DNA of 63,974 nt, counting the filler, from Acidimicrobiia bacterium (GTDB taxonomy: Bacteria; Actinomycetota; Acidimicrobiia; Spongiisociales; SHLN01): assembly GCA_041619515.1 (NCBI GenBank). It is 6 parts of 6 records of this genome, joined end to end, with 100 filler letters (N's around TTAATTAATTAA, not from the genome) between each part and the next. Parts side by side here need not be neighbours in the genome. Positions count along the whole stretch, not along the records: positions 24,979 to 36,911 come from JBFKDW010000085.1; 5 more parts are not named here. One strand, given 5' to 3'. Position numbers and translations under genes: made by a program. Each line of letters begins with the position of its first letter. Within the stretch, counting starts at the first letter, position 1. The notes under the pieces were generated by a model. That model had not been told where the DNA came from and made no database searches. It saw nothing but the letters and a program-made list of their open reading frames with translations. Below, one piece after another: positions 26,757-37,011 of the stretch.

Positions 26757-28703
26757 ATGAGCGAAGAACGACAGGCTCTGGAGAATCTGCTCGAAGAGAA
26801 TCGGCTGTTTCAGCCATCTGCCGAGTTCGCGGCGGCGGCGAACGCCGGATCGGAGATCTACGAGCAAGCAGACAAAGACTGGCTCGAGTTCTGGAAAGAG
26901 CAGGCGCTGAGCCGCGTCAGCTGGTTCACGGAGCCGAGTGTGGTCCTCGACGACTCGAACCCCCCCTTCTACAAGTGGTTCAGCGACGGGGAGCTCAACC
27001 TGTCGTACAACTGCCTGGACCGCCACCTCGAGACGCAGGGCGAAAAGGTTGCCTACCACTGGATAGGAGAGCCGGGCGACACCCGCACCATCACCTACCG
27101 GCAACTGTACGAGGACGTGTGCCGGTTTGCCAACGCCCTCTCCGAGCTGGGTGTCGAGCGGGGCGTCCGGGTGGCCATCTACCTTGGGATGATTCCCGAA
27201 CTGCCCGTCGCCATGCTCGCCTGTGCCCGCATCGGGGCCGTGCACTCCGTCGTGTTTGCCGGCTTCTCGGCGGACGCCCTGGCCGATCGCATCGACGACG
27301 CCGCCGCCAAGGTCATCATCACCTCCGACGGCGGATGGCGCCGAGGGTCGGTCGTGCCTCTCAAGGCGGCCGCCGACGTGGCGGCCAGCCGCTGCCAAAC
27401 CATCGAGCACATCGTCACCGTCAAGCGGACCGATTCCGAGGTGGTCATGAGCGAAGGGCGCGACGTCTGGTACCACGACATCATCGCCGACCAGCCGGCA
27501 ACGTCGGAAGCGGCAGTGCTGGGGGCCGAGGACCTCCTCTACATTCTCTACACCTCGGGTACGACCGGAAAGCCGAAGGGCATCGTGCATACCCAGGGCG
27601 GCTATCTGACAGGAGCCGTGACCACGCACCACTACGTGTTCGACCTCAAGCCCGACGACGTGTACTGGTGTGCTGCCGACATCGGATGGGTGACCGGCCA
27701 CTCGTACATCGTGTACGGACCGCTCGCCAACGGTGCGACCGGCGTCATGTACGAGGGCGCCCCCAATTACCCGGACTTCGACCGGCTGTGGCAGATCATC
27801 GACGAGTACAAGGTGACGATCTTCTACACCGCCCCCACCGCCATCCGGGCATTCATGAAATGGGGAGATCAATACCCCGCAGCCCACGACCTCAGCTCGC
27901 TGCGGGTTCTGGGAACGGTGGGTGAGCCCATCAACCCCGAGGCCTGGATGTGGTACCACGAGCACATCGGCGCCGAGCGGTGCCCGATCGTTGACACCTG
28001 GTGGCAAACCGAAACCGGAGGCATCATGATCACGCCGCTTCCGGGTGCGGTCGCAACCAAGCCCGGTTCGGCGACCCGGCCATTCCCCGGCTTGAAGGCG
28101 AACGTCGTCGACGAGAACGGCGACGAGGTACCTCTGGGCGGAGGCGGCTATCTGGTGCTGGAGCGGCCCTGGCCGTCCATGCTGCGCACCATCTATGGCA
28201 ACGACCAACGATACGTGGACACGTACTGGTCACGGTTCCCCGGCCGCTACTTCCCCGGCGACGGCTGCAAACGCGACAAGGACGGCTACTACTGGCTGCT
28301 GGGCCGGGTGGATGACATCATGCTGGTGAGCGGCCACAACATCTCCACTACCGAAGTGGAGTCGGCGCTCGTGTCCCATCCCTCGGTGGCAGAGGCGGCT
28401 GTCGTCGGCCGTTCCGACCCCGTCACCGGGCAGGCGATCGCAGCCTTTGTGACGGTGCGGTCGGGCATCGTGGGCGACGAGGACCTGATCGCCGACCTGC
28501 GCACCACGGTGGCCGACAAGATCGGCGCCATCGCCAAGCCTGCCAGCATCGTGTTCACCGACGACCTCCCCAAGACGAGGAGCGGCAAGATCATGCGCCG
28601 CCTCCTGCGCGACATCTCAGAACAGCGTCACCTCGGTGACGTCACCACGCTGGCGAACGCCGACGTCGTCGAGGAGATCGCCCAGAAGGCCGGCAGGGGC
28701 TGA
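26757..28703 (+). CDS. acs: Acetate--CoA ligase
   Basis: YTSGTTGKPKG, GEPINPEAW, DTWWQTETG, LPKTRSGKIMRRLL. Confidence 0.97.
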   Translation: MSEERQALENLLEENRLFQPSAEFAAAANAGSEIYEQADKDWLEFWKEQALSRVSWFTEPSVVLDDSNPPFYKWFSDGELNLSYNCLDRHLETQGEKVAYHWIGEPGDTRTITYRQLYEDVCRFANALSELGVERGVRVAIYLGMIPELPVAMLACARIGAVHSVVFAGFSADALADRIDDAAAKVIITSDGGWRRGSVVPLKAAADVAASRCQTIEHIVTVKRTDSEVVMSEGRDVWYHDIIADQPATSEAAVLGAEDLLYILYTSGTTGKPKGIVHTQGGYLTGAVTTHHYVFDLKPDDVYWCAADIGWVTGHSYIVYGPLANGATGVMYEGAPNYPDFDRLWQIIDEYKVTIFYTAPTAIRAFMKWGDQYPAAHDLSSLRVLGTVGEPINPEAWMWYHEHIGAERCPIVDTWWQTETGGIMITPLPGAVATKPGSATRPFPGLKANVVDENGDEVPLGGGGYLVLERPWPSMLRTIYGNDQRYVDTYWSRFPGRYFPGDGCKRDKDGYYWLLGRVDDIMLVSGHNISTTEVESALVSHPSVAEAAVVGRSDPVTGQAIAAFVTVRSGIVGDEDLIADLRTTVADKIGAIAKPASIVFTDDLPKTRSGKIMRRLLRDISEQRHLGDVTTLANADVVEEIAQKAGRG

Positions 28704-28757
28704 GGTCTGGTCGAAGCCGCTGATCGCTCGACGCGCCCGCTCGGGATTTGACCGGGG

Positions 28758-29183
28758 TCAGCCGGCTGAGACCTTGCGGGCCTCCTGGTATGCCAGCCAG
28801 AACATGAACGCGGCGAGGAGCGGGGCGATCACCACCAGTGCCCACTCCGTGTCGGCGTCGGTGATGAACAGCTGATAGATCAGGGCGTACGCCTGGTAGG
28901 CCCCGAACGCGGTCCAGAAGATCGCACCGAACCAGTGGGTCCAGGCAGGTTCTGCGCCTTTCGGCCACTCCTGCCACTGCTCGAGCGCCATCGTGCCGAA
29001 GCCGAGCACACCAAACCCGGCAAGAGCGAACATGAACCAGTTCGTCTCCTCGGCCCAGGTCACGTTGCCAACCATGGCCAGGGCGCAGAGCACGCTGGCC
29101 ACGACGCCGATTCCAGCCCAGACCAGCTTGCGGGTCTCATGCTGCCGGCCAAGCAGGCTCACGGCGTGATGATGTGTAGTCAT
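28758..29183 (-). CDS. 4-TM hypothetical membrane protein
   Basis: GGAGGT RBS before MTTHHH; four hydrophobic segments. Confidence 0.7.
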   Translation of the reverse strand: MTTHHHAVSLLGRQHETRKLVWAGIGVVASVLCALAMVGNVTWAEETNWFMFALAGFGVLGFGTMALEQWQEWPKGAEPAWTHWFGAIFWTAFGAYQAYALIYQLFITDADTEWALVVIAPLLAAFMFWLAYQEARKVSAG

Positions 29184-29300
29184 GGCCACACCTCCGTTCA
29201 CCCCGATCATCCCATGAGCTGCGCCCGCCACGGAAGGGGCCTTCGTCCCAACCGTGACCCGCTGCCTCCCGGCCGGGCGGCGAGCGGCGGCGCGGGAACG

Positions 29301-30485
29301 TCAGGCCTGGTGAGACCGTCCCGCCCGGGTCACCAGGAAATCGTCGAGCTTGATCCACGGCTCGACTTCGAACTCGGTGCTGTCGAGATACCCGGACCCG
29401 TTTGCCGCCTTCAAGATCCAGGGGTCGTAGGGCTTCTCCACCTGTTGGCCCGCCTTCACCTCGACGCGACGCGGCGGAATCGGGTCCTGAAAGGCGAGGG
29501 GCGTGATGGTTTCCACCCCCCTGCGATGCAAGACGCTCTCGTGGATCACGGGCTTGTCGGCGCGGCCCGACGGCCACGCCCGCTGCGCCCGGCGGAAAAC
29601 CTTGGCCGATCGCTTGCCGCGGGAGTCGTGCATGTAGTCGCCGGGGTCTTCCTCGTTCGGTCTCACCCGGTCCGGCTGGGTGTCGCCCTTCAAGCGCAGG
29701 CCACACGACACCGCCTGTTGCAGCAGCCAGGAGTACGGAATATTGGCGAGGGCCTTGCCGGAGGCGTATCCGCCTCCCACGTCGGTGTGCATGCCGGCAA
29801 ACCACACCTGGCGGATCTGTCGGTCGGTGACATCGGGCGGCAGCGGGTTCCACAGGATCGGGTGGAACGTCTTGCGCTCGTCGTCGATTGCCAACGCCTG
29901 ATAGGCCCTGCGCACGTTGGAGCTGAGGTCGAAGTTATGGAACTTGTGCCGAAAGCCCGGCACCTTGTCTACGAATGCCGCGACACCCGGAAGCGGAAAG
30001 CCGAGGGCTGCAACGGTGTCGTACACACCCAGGAACTCGATCGGGACACGGGTAGTGCCGTTTCCGGCGAGGAAGTCATCGCGCCGCTTCTCATAGCTTG
30101 GGCGGCTCCGGCGTTTGTAGAGCTTGAACGCGTCGTCGATCAGCCGGGGACGCGAGCGGGGCAGGATGCCGAACTCGTTCACGAAGCTTGCCAGGCTCCG
30201 CACGGTGGCCGCTCCGCGGCTGAAGCCGAGCATAAAGATGTGGTCGCCCATCTGGTACTGCTCGAAGATGAAGAGATAGGCCTGTCGCATGTTCTCGGTG
30301 AAGCCGCGTCCGAAGGCGTTCCCGGTGACCTTGCGCCAGCCGGTGCCGGCACCGGCGTCGTAGAACAGCACTTGTTCGAAGGTCCGGTCCTCGGCGGCAT
30401 CGTAGATGTTGTAGATGTTCGTGTTGTAGCCCTTGCCACCTTCTTGGCCGGTGCCGTCCGACAGCACGACGATGTTCTTCGGCAT
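29301..30485 (-). CDS. DUF2235 (Tle1-like) alpha/beta hydrolase
   Basis: KNIVVLSDGTG, GFSRGA, GVYDTV, ALAIDDER, QVWFAGMHTDVGGG. Confidence 0.93.
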   Translation of the reverse strand: MPKNIVVLSDGTGQEGGKGYNTNIYNIYDAAEDRTFEQVLFYDAGAGTGWRKVTGNAFGRGFTENMRQAYLFIFEQYQMGDHIFMLGFSRGAATVRSLASFVNEFGILPRSRPRLIDDAFKLYKRRSRPSYEKRRDDFLAGNGTTRVPIEFLGVYDTVAALGFPLPGVAAFVDKVPGFRHKFHNFDLSSNVRRAYQALAIDDERKTFHPILWNPLPPDVTDRQIRQVWFAGMHTDVGGGYASGKALANIPYSWLLQQAVSCGLRLKGDTQPDRVRPNEEDPGDYMHDSRGKRSAKVFRRAQRAWPSGRADKPVIHESVLHRRGVETITPLAFQDPIPPRRVEVKAGQQVEKPYDPWILKAANGSGYLDSTEFEVEPWIKLDDFLVTRAGRSHQA

Positions 30486-30730
30486 CTCACCCTCCGAGGA
30501 TCGGCTCAACTCTGAGGCTATCAAATCGGAGGACACGCTCCCGGCCGGGCTCCCGATCCGATGGTGCCGATCGGGAGTCCTACGGCACGATCCAGAGGCG
30601 CTCTCGCACAGCAGAGCGAGAAGACGGCGGCTCTCCAGGAGAGAGATTGTGCCGCATGCGGGCAGATCGGCCGCCCCCGAGACCCCGCCGGGCACCCGGC
30701 TGCCTGCGCGACCGGGGCGGGTCACCTGAC

Positions 30731-33700
30731 CTAGGTCAGAACCGGTTCACGCTCTGGATCGTCGATGTCCTCGTGTCCTGCCTCCAGGTCCTGAGACGGG
30801 CCCGCGGCTCCTTCGAGGATCCAGAAATTGTCGCGCTCACGCTCCCACGTCTTGAGAATATGGGCCGCCCGGGAGCTCCCGGTCTGCCCGACGTGTTCCT
30901 CGATCAACTCGTGGAGCCGGCGGCGCTCTGTCTCGACCAGGCGGCGGGCGAACGGAGCGGTGTCGGCAAGTGAGCGAATCGCCACCCAGTCCGGGTCCCA
31001 CATGTAGAGGGTTCCACCCGTCATGCCGGCCGCCAGATTGCGTCCGGCCGGTCCAAGAACCACCGCAGTCCCGCCGGTCATGTACTCACACCCGTGATCG
31101 CTGCAGCCCTCGACGACGGCGACCGCCCCGCTGTTGCGAACCGCGAACCGCTGGCCGACCGGGCCGGCGATGAAGAGCTTGCCGCCGGTAGCCCCGTACA
31201 GGACGGCGTTGCCGGCACCGTGGGCCGGACCGACCGGCTCGCGCAGGGTCGGAACGACGGTGATCGTGCCGCCCCCCTGGCCCTTCCCGACATAGTCATT
31301 GGCAGTGCCGTCCAAGCGAATGCTGATTCCCGGGGCCAGGAAGGCACCGAGGCTCTGCCCGGCGGTCCCGGCCAGGCGCACACGAATGGTTGCCTCCGGG
31401 AGCCCGTCGGGGTATCGAGAAACGACCTCGCCCGAGAGCCTGGTGCCGACGGTGCGGTCCCGGTTGGTCACCGGGTACGAGATCTCGACGGTGTCCACGC
31501 CGGCGTCGGCCGAGGCCACCCAGTCAGCCATCAGGGCGTCCCCGACGGCCGAACGCTCCACCTCCCGGAACCCGGGGTGACGCTGGCGGGAGCGCACGTC
31601 GACGAGCAGGCGTGACAGACCGGCGGCGAGCGTCGAGTTGGCCGAGATCGGCTCCAGCAAGTCGGCCCGTCCGATCACCTCTTCCAAGCTGCGGGCCCCG
31701 ATCCTCGCCAAATGCCTCCGAACTTCCTCCGAGAGCAACCGGAACATCTGCACGACCTGATCTGCGGAGCCGGTGTACTTGGCTCGCAGGTCCTCCCGCT
31801 GGGTGGCGATGCCGACCGGGCAGGTGTTCTCATGACACTGGCGGACCATCTTGCAGCCGAGCGCCAGGAGCGGCAGGGTTCCAAAGCCGAAGCGCTCGGC
31901 TCCCAGCAGCGCCGCCACGACCACGTCGCGACCGGTGCGCATACCCCCGTCGGCTTCGAGCGCCACTCGCGAACGGAGGCCGTTGGCGACCAGGGCCTGA
32001 TGGGCTTCGGCCAGTCCGATCTCCCACGGTGAGCCGGCGTGCTTGATGGATACCAGCGGCGAGGCTCCGGTGCCGCCGTCTGAGCCGCTGATGAGCACGA
32101 CATCGGCCTGCGCCTTGGCAACACCCACTGCAATGGTCCCCACCCCCGGCTCGGAGACCAGCTTGACCGACACCCTGGCAGTCGGCTTGAAGGTCTTCAG
32201 ATCGAAGATGAGCTGGGCGAGATCCTCGATGGAATAGATGTCGTGGTGAGGAGGGGGCGAGATGAGCGTGACACCCGGCTTGGTATGGCGCAAGGCAGCG
32301 ATCTGCTCCGTGACCTTGTGACCCGGGAGCTGGCCGCCCTCCCCCGGCTTGGAGCCCTGGGCCATCTTGATCTGGAACTCCTCGGCCGAACCCAGATAGG
32401 CGGGCGTCACACCGAAGCGTCCACTGGCAACCTGTTTGATTGCAGAGTTGCGCGGCGTCCCGAAGCGGGCTTGGTCCTCGCCTCCCTCGCCGGAATTGGA
32501 GAGCCCGCCGATGGCAGACATCGCTTCTGCCAGCGCCTCATGCGCCTCAGGCGAAAGTGCGCCGAGCGACATCGCCGCCGTGCTGAAGCGCCGCATGATG
32601 GACTCGACAGGCTCAACCTCCTCGAGCGGGACTGGCTTGGCTGGTGCGAACTGCAGGAGGTCTCGGAGCACCGCCGGTTCCCGGGCGGTGATTTCGGCGA
32701 GGTACGCTTCCCAGGCCTCGTAATCACCGGCCCGCACCGCCTTCTGGAGGTTGAGCACAACCTTGGGCGACGTGATGTGAGGGATCCCGCCCCGCCGATG
32801 CTTGTAGAAGCCCCCGACCTCCTCTTCGCCGGCTGCGTAGAGCGCATGACGCGCCAGGGTCGCCTCCGCGATCTCGCGAAAGCCAATGCCGTCCACTCGG
32901 CGATGGGCGAATCCGAAGGCCTGCACGGTGACGTCCTCGTCGAGCCCGATGACCTCGAACAGCTGGCTGCCCCGATAGGCGCTGATCGTGCAGATTCCCA
33001 TCTTCGAGAAGATCTTCAGCAAACCCTTCTCGACTGTCGAGCGGTAGTTCTCCTGAGCGTTGATGGGCGTCTCCTCCACCACCCCCGTCTCCGCCAGGGC
33101 GCGTACTTCCTCGATGGCCATATAGGGATTGACGGCCGAGGCTCCGCACGCAATGAGACACGCCAGATCGTGTGAGTCTCGCGGCTCGCCGGAGACCACG
33201 ACGATCGAGGCGTGCAGCCGCCGCCCGGTCCGGATGAGGTGGTGGTGGACGGCGCCGGTTGCCAACAGCATCGGGATCGGCGCCCGGTCGGCGTCGACCT
33301 CCCGGTCCGACAGGACGATCACGGTGGCCCCGTCATCGACCGCCGCTGCCACTTGCGCACACAGGCCTGATAGCGCCTGTCGCATACCCTCGGGACCATC
33401 GGAGGCCTCGAACACGGCAGGCACCCAAGTCGAGCGGAACCCGCTGTCGGGCGAGCCGGTGATGCGGTCCACGTCGGCCCCGCTGAGAATCGGGGACGGC
33501 AGCTCCATGAGATGGGCCTGCTGTGGGGTTTCTTCGAGCAACGAGCCGCGACGTCCCAGATAGGTGCGCAGGGACATCACCAGCCGTTCGCGTATGGGGT
33601 CCATGGGCGGGTTGGTCACCTGGGCGAACATCTGGTGGAAGAAGCGCGACAAGCGCGGCAGCGGATCGGTGAGCACCGCCAGCGGCGTGTCGTTGCCCAT

Positions 33701-35155
33701 CGAGCCGACCGGCAGCCTCCCCTGGGCGAGTTCGGACAGAATCAGCCGCCGCTCTTCCGGCGTGTACCCGAACACTCGGGCCAGGGCCGCCGCGTCGATC
33801 CCTTCGTCCGGATATGGATCGAACGGGTCCTGCACATACGCGGTTTGGGTGCTGATCCACTCCCCGTACGGCCGGCGGTGCGCCAGCGAATGGCGGACGG
33901 CGTTCGTGAACCTGATGTCTCCAGACTCGAGGTCGAACACCACCATCTCCCCTGGGCCCAATTGGCCGGTAGAGGTGGCATTGCCCTCCTCGATCGGGTT
34001 CACACCGGCTTCGGAGGCGACGACGATGGTCTCGGGGGTGACGGTCCAGCGCGCCGGCCGCAGGCCGTTGCGATCGAGGGAAGCCATCAGAGTCACGCCA
34101 TCGGTGGCGGCGATGGCAGCGGGCCCGTCCCACGGCTCGGACAGGAAGGCGTGATACTCGTAGAACGCCTGGACAGCCGGATCCAGGTCGGCGACGTTCT
34201 CCCAGGCCGACGGGATCAGCATCTCCTTGACATGGGCGAGCGACCGGCCGCTCCGCACCAGAACTTCGAAGGCGTTGTCGAGATGCCCACTGTCGCTCTG
34301 GCCGGGCTCGAGCAGCGGGACCAGCTCTGATGTGCGGTCGTTCCACAGCGGTGATCGCAGATCTACCTGCCTGGCGGCCATCCAGGCCCGGTTGGAGTTG
34401 ATGGTGTTGATCTCGCCGTTGTGACCGAGCATTCGAAACGGCTGGGCCCGCTCCCAGGAAGGGAACGTATTGGTCGAAAACCGCTGATGGAATATTGCAT
34501 AGGCGGTCTCGAATGACGGGTCCACGAAGTCCCGGTAGAAGTCTTCGATGAGCCGGGCCGTGAAGAGACCCTTGTAGACAACGGTGCGAGCCGAGCTGGA
34601 AGGGATGGAGAAGCCTTCGATGGCCGCCGCCCGGGCGGTCCGCTCGGCCGCCTTACGGGCAAGAAACAGTCGCCGCTCGAGGTCCTCCACGTCCGAGACT
34701 TCCGGTCCGGCATCCACGAGGACCTGCTCGATGCGGGGCATCGACTCGCGGGCAGCGGTGCCGAGCACGGCAGGATCGATGGGAACCGTTCGCCACAGCA
34801 GCGAACTGAGGCCCTCGTGCTCCAGCGCGGCGTCGACCAGGGATCGGGCAGGCTGGGGGTTGGCGGCGGGAAGGAAGGCGAAAACCACACCCAGCCAGCC
34901 GGGTGAGGGAGCGGCTATGCCGCGATTCTCCAGCTCACGGGCAAGGAGCCGATGCGGCACCTGGGTGAGGAGACCGGCGCCGTCGCCGGTTCCATCGGCG
35001 GAGACCGCCCCCCGATGGTCCAGGTTGACGAGGCAGCGCACCGCGTAGCGCAGCATGCGGTGGCTCGCCTGGAGCGAGCGGTCCGCAATGAACCCCACCC
35101 CGCACGCATCACGCTCGGAAGCCGGGTCGTAAAGCGGGTACGTCGTTCTAGACAT
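30731..35155 (-). CDS. gltB: Glutamate synthase large subunit
   Basis: ERDACGVGF, HNGEINT, EPWDGPA, QGSKPGEGGQLPG, ISPPPHHDIYSIEDL, C..VRQCHENTC 3Fe-4S motif, GXGXG domain. Confidence 0.97.
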   Translation of the reverse strand: MSRTTYPLYDPASERDACGVGFIADRSLQASHRMLRYAVRCLVNLDHRGAVSADGTGDGAGLLTQVPHRLLARELENRGIAAPSPGWLGVVFAFLPAANPQPARSLVDAALEHEGLSSLLWRTVPIDPAVLGTAARESMPRIEQVLVDAGPEVSDVEDLERRLFLARKAAERTARAAAIEGFSIPSSSARTVVYKGLFTARLIEDFYRDFVDPSFETAYAIFHQRFSTNTFPSWERAQPFRMLGHNGEINTINSNRAWMAARQVDLRSPLWNDRTSELVPLLEPGQSDSGHLDNAFEVLVRSGRSLAHVKEMLIPSAWENVADLDPAVQAFYEYHAFLSEPWDGPAAIAATDGVTLMASLDRNGLRPARWTVTPETIVVASEAGVNPIEEGNATSTGQLGPGEMVVFDLESGDIRFTNAVRHSLAHRRPYGEWISTQTAYVQDPFDPYPDEGIDAAALARVFGYTPEERRLILSELAQGRLPVGSMGNDTPLAVLTDPLPRLSRFFHQMFAQVTNPPMDPIRERLVMSLRTYLGRRGSLLEETPQQAHLMELPSPILSGADVDRITGSPDSGFRSTWVPAVFEASDGPEGMRQALSGLCAQVAAAVDDGATVIVLSDREVDADRAPIPMLLATGAVHHHLIRTGRRLHASIVVVSGEPRDSHDLACLIACGASAVNPYMAIEEVRALAETGVVEETPINAQENYRSTVEKGLLKIFSKMGICTISAYRGSQLFEVIGLDEDVTVQAFGFAHRRVDGIGFREIAEATLARHALYAAGEEEVGGFYKHRRGGIPHITSPKVVLNLQKAVRAGDYEAWEAYLAEITAREPAVLRDLLQFAPAKPVPLEEVEPVESIMRRFSTAAMSLGALSPEAHEALAEAMSAIGGLSNSGEGGEDQARFGTPRNSAIKQVASGRFGVTPAYLGSAEEFQIKMAQGSKPGEGGQLPGHKVTEQIAALRHTKPGVTLISPPPHHDIYSIEDLAQLIFDLKTFKPTARVSVKLVSEPGVGTIAVGVAKAQADVVLISGSDGGTGASPLVSIKHAGSPWEIGLAEAHQALVANGLRSRVALEADGGMRTGRDVVVAALLGAERFGFGTLPLLALGCKMVRQCHENTCPVGIATQREDLRAKYTGSADQVVQMFRLLSEEVRRHLARIGARSLEEVIGRADLLEPISANSTLAAGLSRLLVDVRSRQRHPGFREVERSAVGDALMADWVASADAGVDTVEISYPVTNRDRTVGTRLSGEVVSRYPDGLPEATIRVRLAGTAGQSLGAFLAPGISIRLDGTANDYVGKGQGGGTITVVPTLREPVGPAHGAGNAVLYGATGGKLFIAGPVGQRFAVRNSGAVAVVEGCSDHGCEYMTGGTAVVLGPAGRNLAAGMTGGTLYMWDPDWVAIRSLADTAPFARRLVETERRRLHELIEEHVGQTGSSRAAHILKTWERERDNFWILEGAAGPSQDLEAGHEDIDDPEREPVLT

Positions 35156-35262
35156 GAGACCTCCCCGACCGGAACGGCAAGTGTAGGCGACGAACCCGCT
35201 CACGGGAACTGGGGTGTCCCCACAGTTCATCTTCTCGCCGTCGCGGCCGGTATCGTGCATGG

Positions 35263-35730
35263 ATGCCGGTGATAGTGATAGGCGCCGACACGGACCACGG
35301 ACTGGCCGTTGCTGCTGCGCTGACCACACGCGCCGGCGAAGTGCGGGCGTTCGTGACCGATCCCGATTCGGCGCCGGCGCTTCGCAATCTGGGTATCAAG
35401 GTTGCGATTGGAGACGTTTCCGACGCATCCCACATCGAGGGGGCAGCGCACGAGGCGTTCTCGGCGGTGCTCATGGCCGAAGCCGGCCTCGACGACCGGG
35501 AACGCTCGTTTTCCACCTCATACGACATGCTGGTGTCGGCGTGGGCTCGTGGCCTGAACGACGCCGGAGTCCGACGGATCATCTGGGTGGGCCCCGACGC
35601 TCGCCCACCCGCTCCCATCGCGTCCGCCGCCGCCGAGACCGCCGCCATCGACGTCCGGGGGCGCAGCGCGGCGGAAGTGGCTGCCGAGGCAGTTCGCCTC
35701 GACGACCTGGCAGAGGTGGACCGGGACTAG
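35263..35730 (+). CDS. Short NAD(P)-binding (NmrA-like) Rossmann protein
   Basis: VIVIGADT..G, VRAFV, KVAIGDVSD, AGVRRIIWV. Confidence 0.75.
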   Translation: MPVIVIGADTDHGLAVAAALTTRAGEVRAFVTDPDSAPALRNLGIKVAIGDVSDASHIEGAAHEAFSAVLMAEAGLDDRERSFSTSYDMLVSAWARGLNDAGVRRIIWVGPDARPPAPIASAAAETAAIDVRGRSAAEVAAEAVRLDDLAEVDRD

Positions 35731-36614
35731 GACGGCGAAAACGTGCTCGGGGACTGGACCGCCGGCAGTTCTCCCGTCTCCCGGTACCGCCAGGCGTTGG
35801 TCACCAGGGCGGCACCAACGATGGTGGCGAGGGCCCCGACATACAGCCACAGCAGCGCAAACGCCACCCCGCCGAGGGCCCCGACGGTGGTTCCGAGCGC
35901 GTCGGCCCTCTGCAAGTAGGCCCCGAACAGCAGGCTGGCCCCGGCGGTGCCGGCAGTGCCGACCAATGCGGCGGTCGCCGAAGCCGGGAGCGGTTGGGGG
36001 GGACCCCAGTGGTAGAGCACCCGCAAGAACAAGAACAGACCGATGGACGCCAGCGGGATTCGTAACAGCTCGAAGAGGCTCGCCAGCAGGCCGATGCCTG
36101 TCTTGTCATCGATGAATTCCGAGAAGGCGCCGCCGATGACCAGCAGCAGTGTGGTGCCTACCAGAGCGCTTCCGGCCGCCAGGGTGAGGGCAATGGCTGT
36201 GAGGCGAACCTCCCAGCGCGGACGGTGTTCCACCTGTCCTTCGACCCGGGCGAGCGCCCGCTGCATGGCGATGACGGCCCGCGACCCGATGAACAGCGAG
36301 GCGATCACGCCGATGGCAACCAGCAAGGCTTGGCGCCCATCGAGCTGAGCTTCGACATCGAGAATGATGTCCCGGATCACGTCGGTCACCGCCGGCGGCG
36401 CAAACAGCTCAACGGACTCGAGGGTCCGGTTGAGCGACGCCACATCACGGCCGAGAAATGAAGCAGCAGCCACCGCCACCAGCAGCAGCGGGACGAGAGC
36501 GAAGAAGCTGTTGAACGCCACGGCAGCCGCGTAGAGCATCACATCCGCGCGGCGAAGGCGTTGCCAGAAGGCGATTGGCCAGGCCACCGCCCGGCGAAAT
36601 TGGGTGAGAGCCAC
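35727..36614 (-). CDS. YihY/virulence factor BrkB family membrane protein
   Basis: YAAAVAFNSFFALVP, GALGGV...LLWLY....I.GA. Confidence 0.9.
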   Translation of the reverse strand: MALTQFRRAVAWPIAFWQRLRRADVMLYAAAVAFNSFFALVPLLLVAVAAASFLGRDVASLNRTLESVELFAPPAVTDVIRDIILDVEAQLDGRQALLVAIGVIASLFIGSRAVIAMQRALARVEGQVEHRPRWEVRLTAIALTLAAGSALVGTTLLLVIGGAFSEFIDDKTGIGLLASLFELLRIPLASIGLFLFLRVLYHWGPPQPLPASATAALVGTAGTAGASLLFGAYLQRADALGTTVGALGGVAFALLWLYVGALATIVGAALVTNAWRYRETGELPAVQSPSTFSPS

Positions 36615-36666
36615 GGTGAGGAGAGCTTAGGACTCGCAAACTCGCGAAATCGGTACCATCGCGCGC

Positions 36667-36911
36667 GTGAAGCGTTTCCTGATTGGGCTCGGACTGTTCC
36701 TCGGAGCCTGCTCTCCCCTCTCAGACGTAGTCGACAGCGGCACCGTGCCCACCACACTGGTGGAGACGACAACAACGACCGCACCGATCGCGCAGGTCGC
36801 TGCCGCCGAGCCCGCCCCCACCACGACGACCACGACCCTCCCGCTCGCCCGGTTCGTGGACGCCCGCACCGTGCAGGCGCCCCCAACCGGTCCGGTGGAG
36901 GGGCTCCTCCA
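36667..36911 (+). CDS. Lipoprotein, N-terminal fragment truncated by the contig end
   Basis: MKRFLIGLGLFLGAC lipobox, Thr-rich linker. Confidence 0.7.
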
Positions 36912-37011
36912 NNNNNNNNNNNNNNNNNNNNNNNNNNNNNNNNNNNNNNNNNNNNTTAATTAATTAANNNNNNNNNNNNNNNNNNNNNNNNNNNNNNNNN
37001 NNNNNNNNNNN
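36912..37011. other. Artificial contig linker
   Basis: N44-TTAATTAATTAA-N44. Confidence 0.98.

Noticed and set aside
28758..30485. DUF2235 plus membrane gene as a T6SS effector-immunity pair
   Set aside because: No vgrG, PAAR, hcp or other secretion genes on the contig, and DUF2235 hydrolases commonly occur alone.
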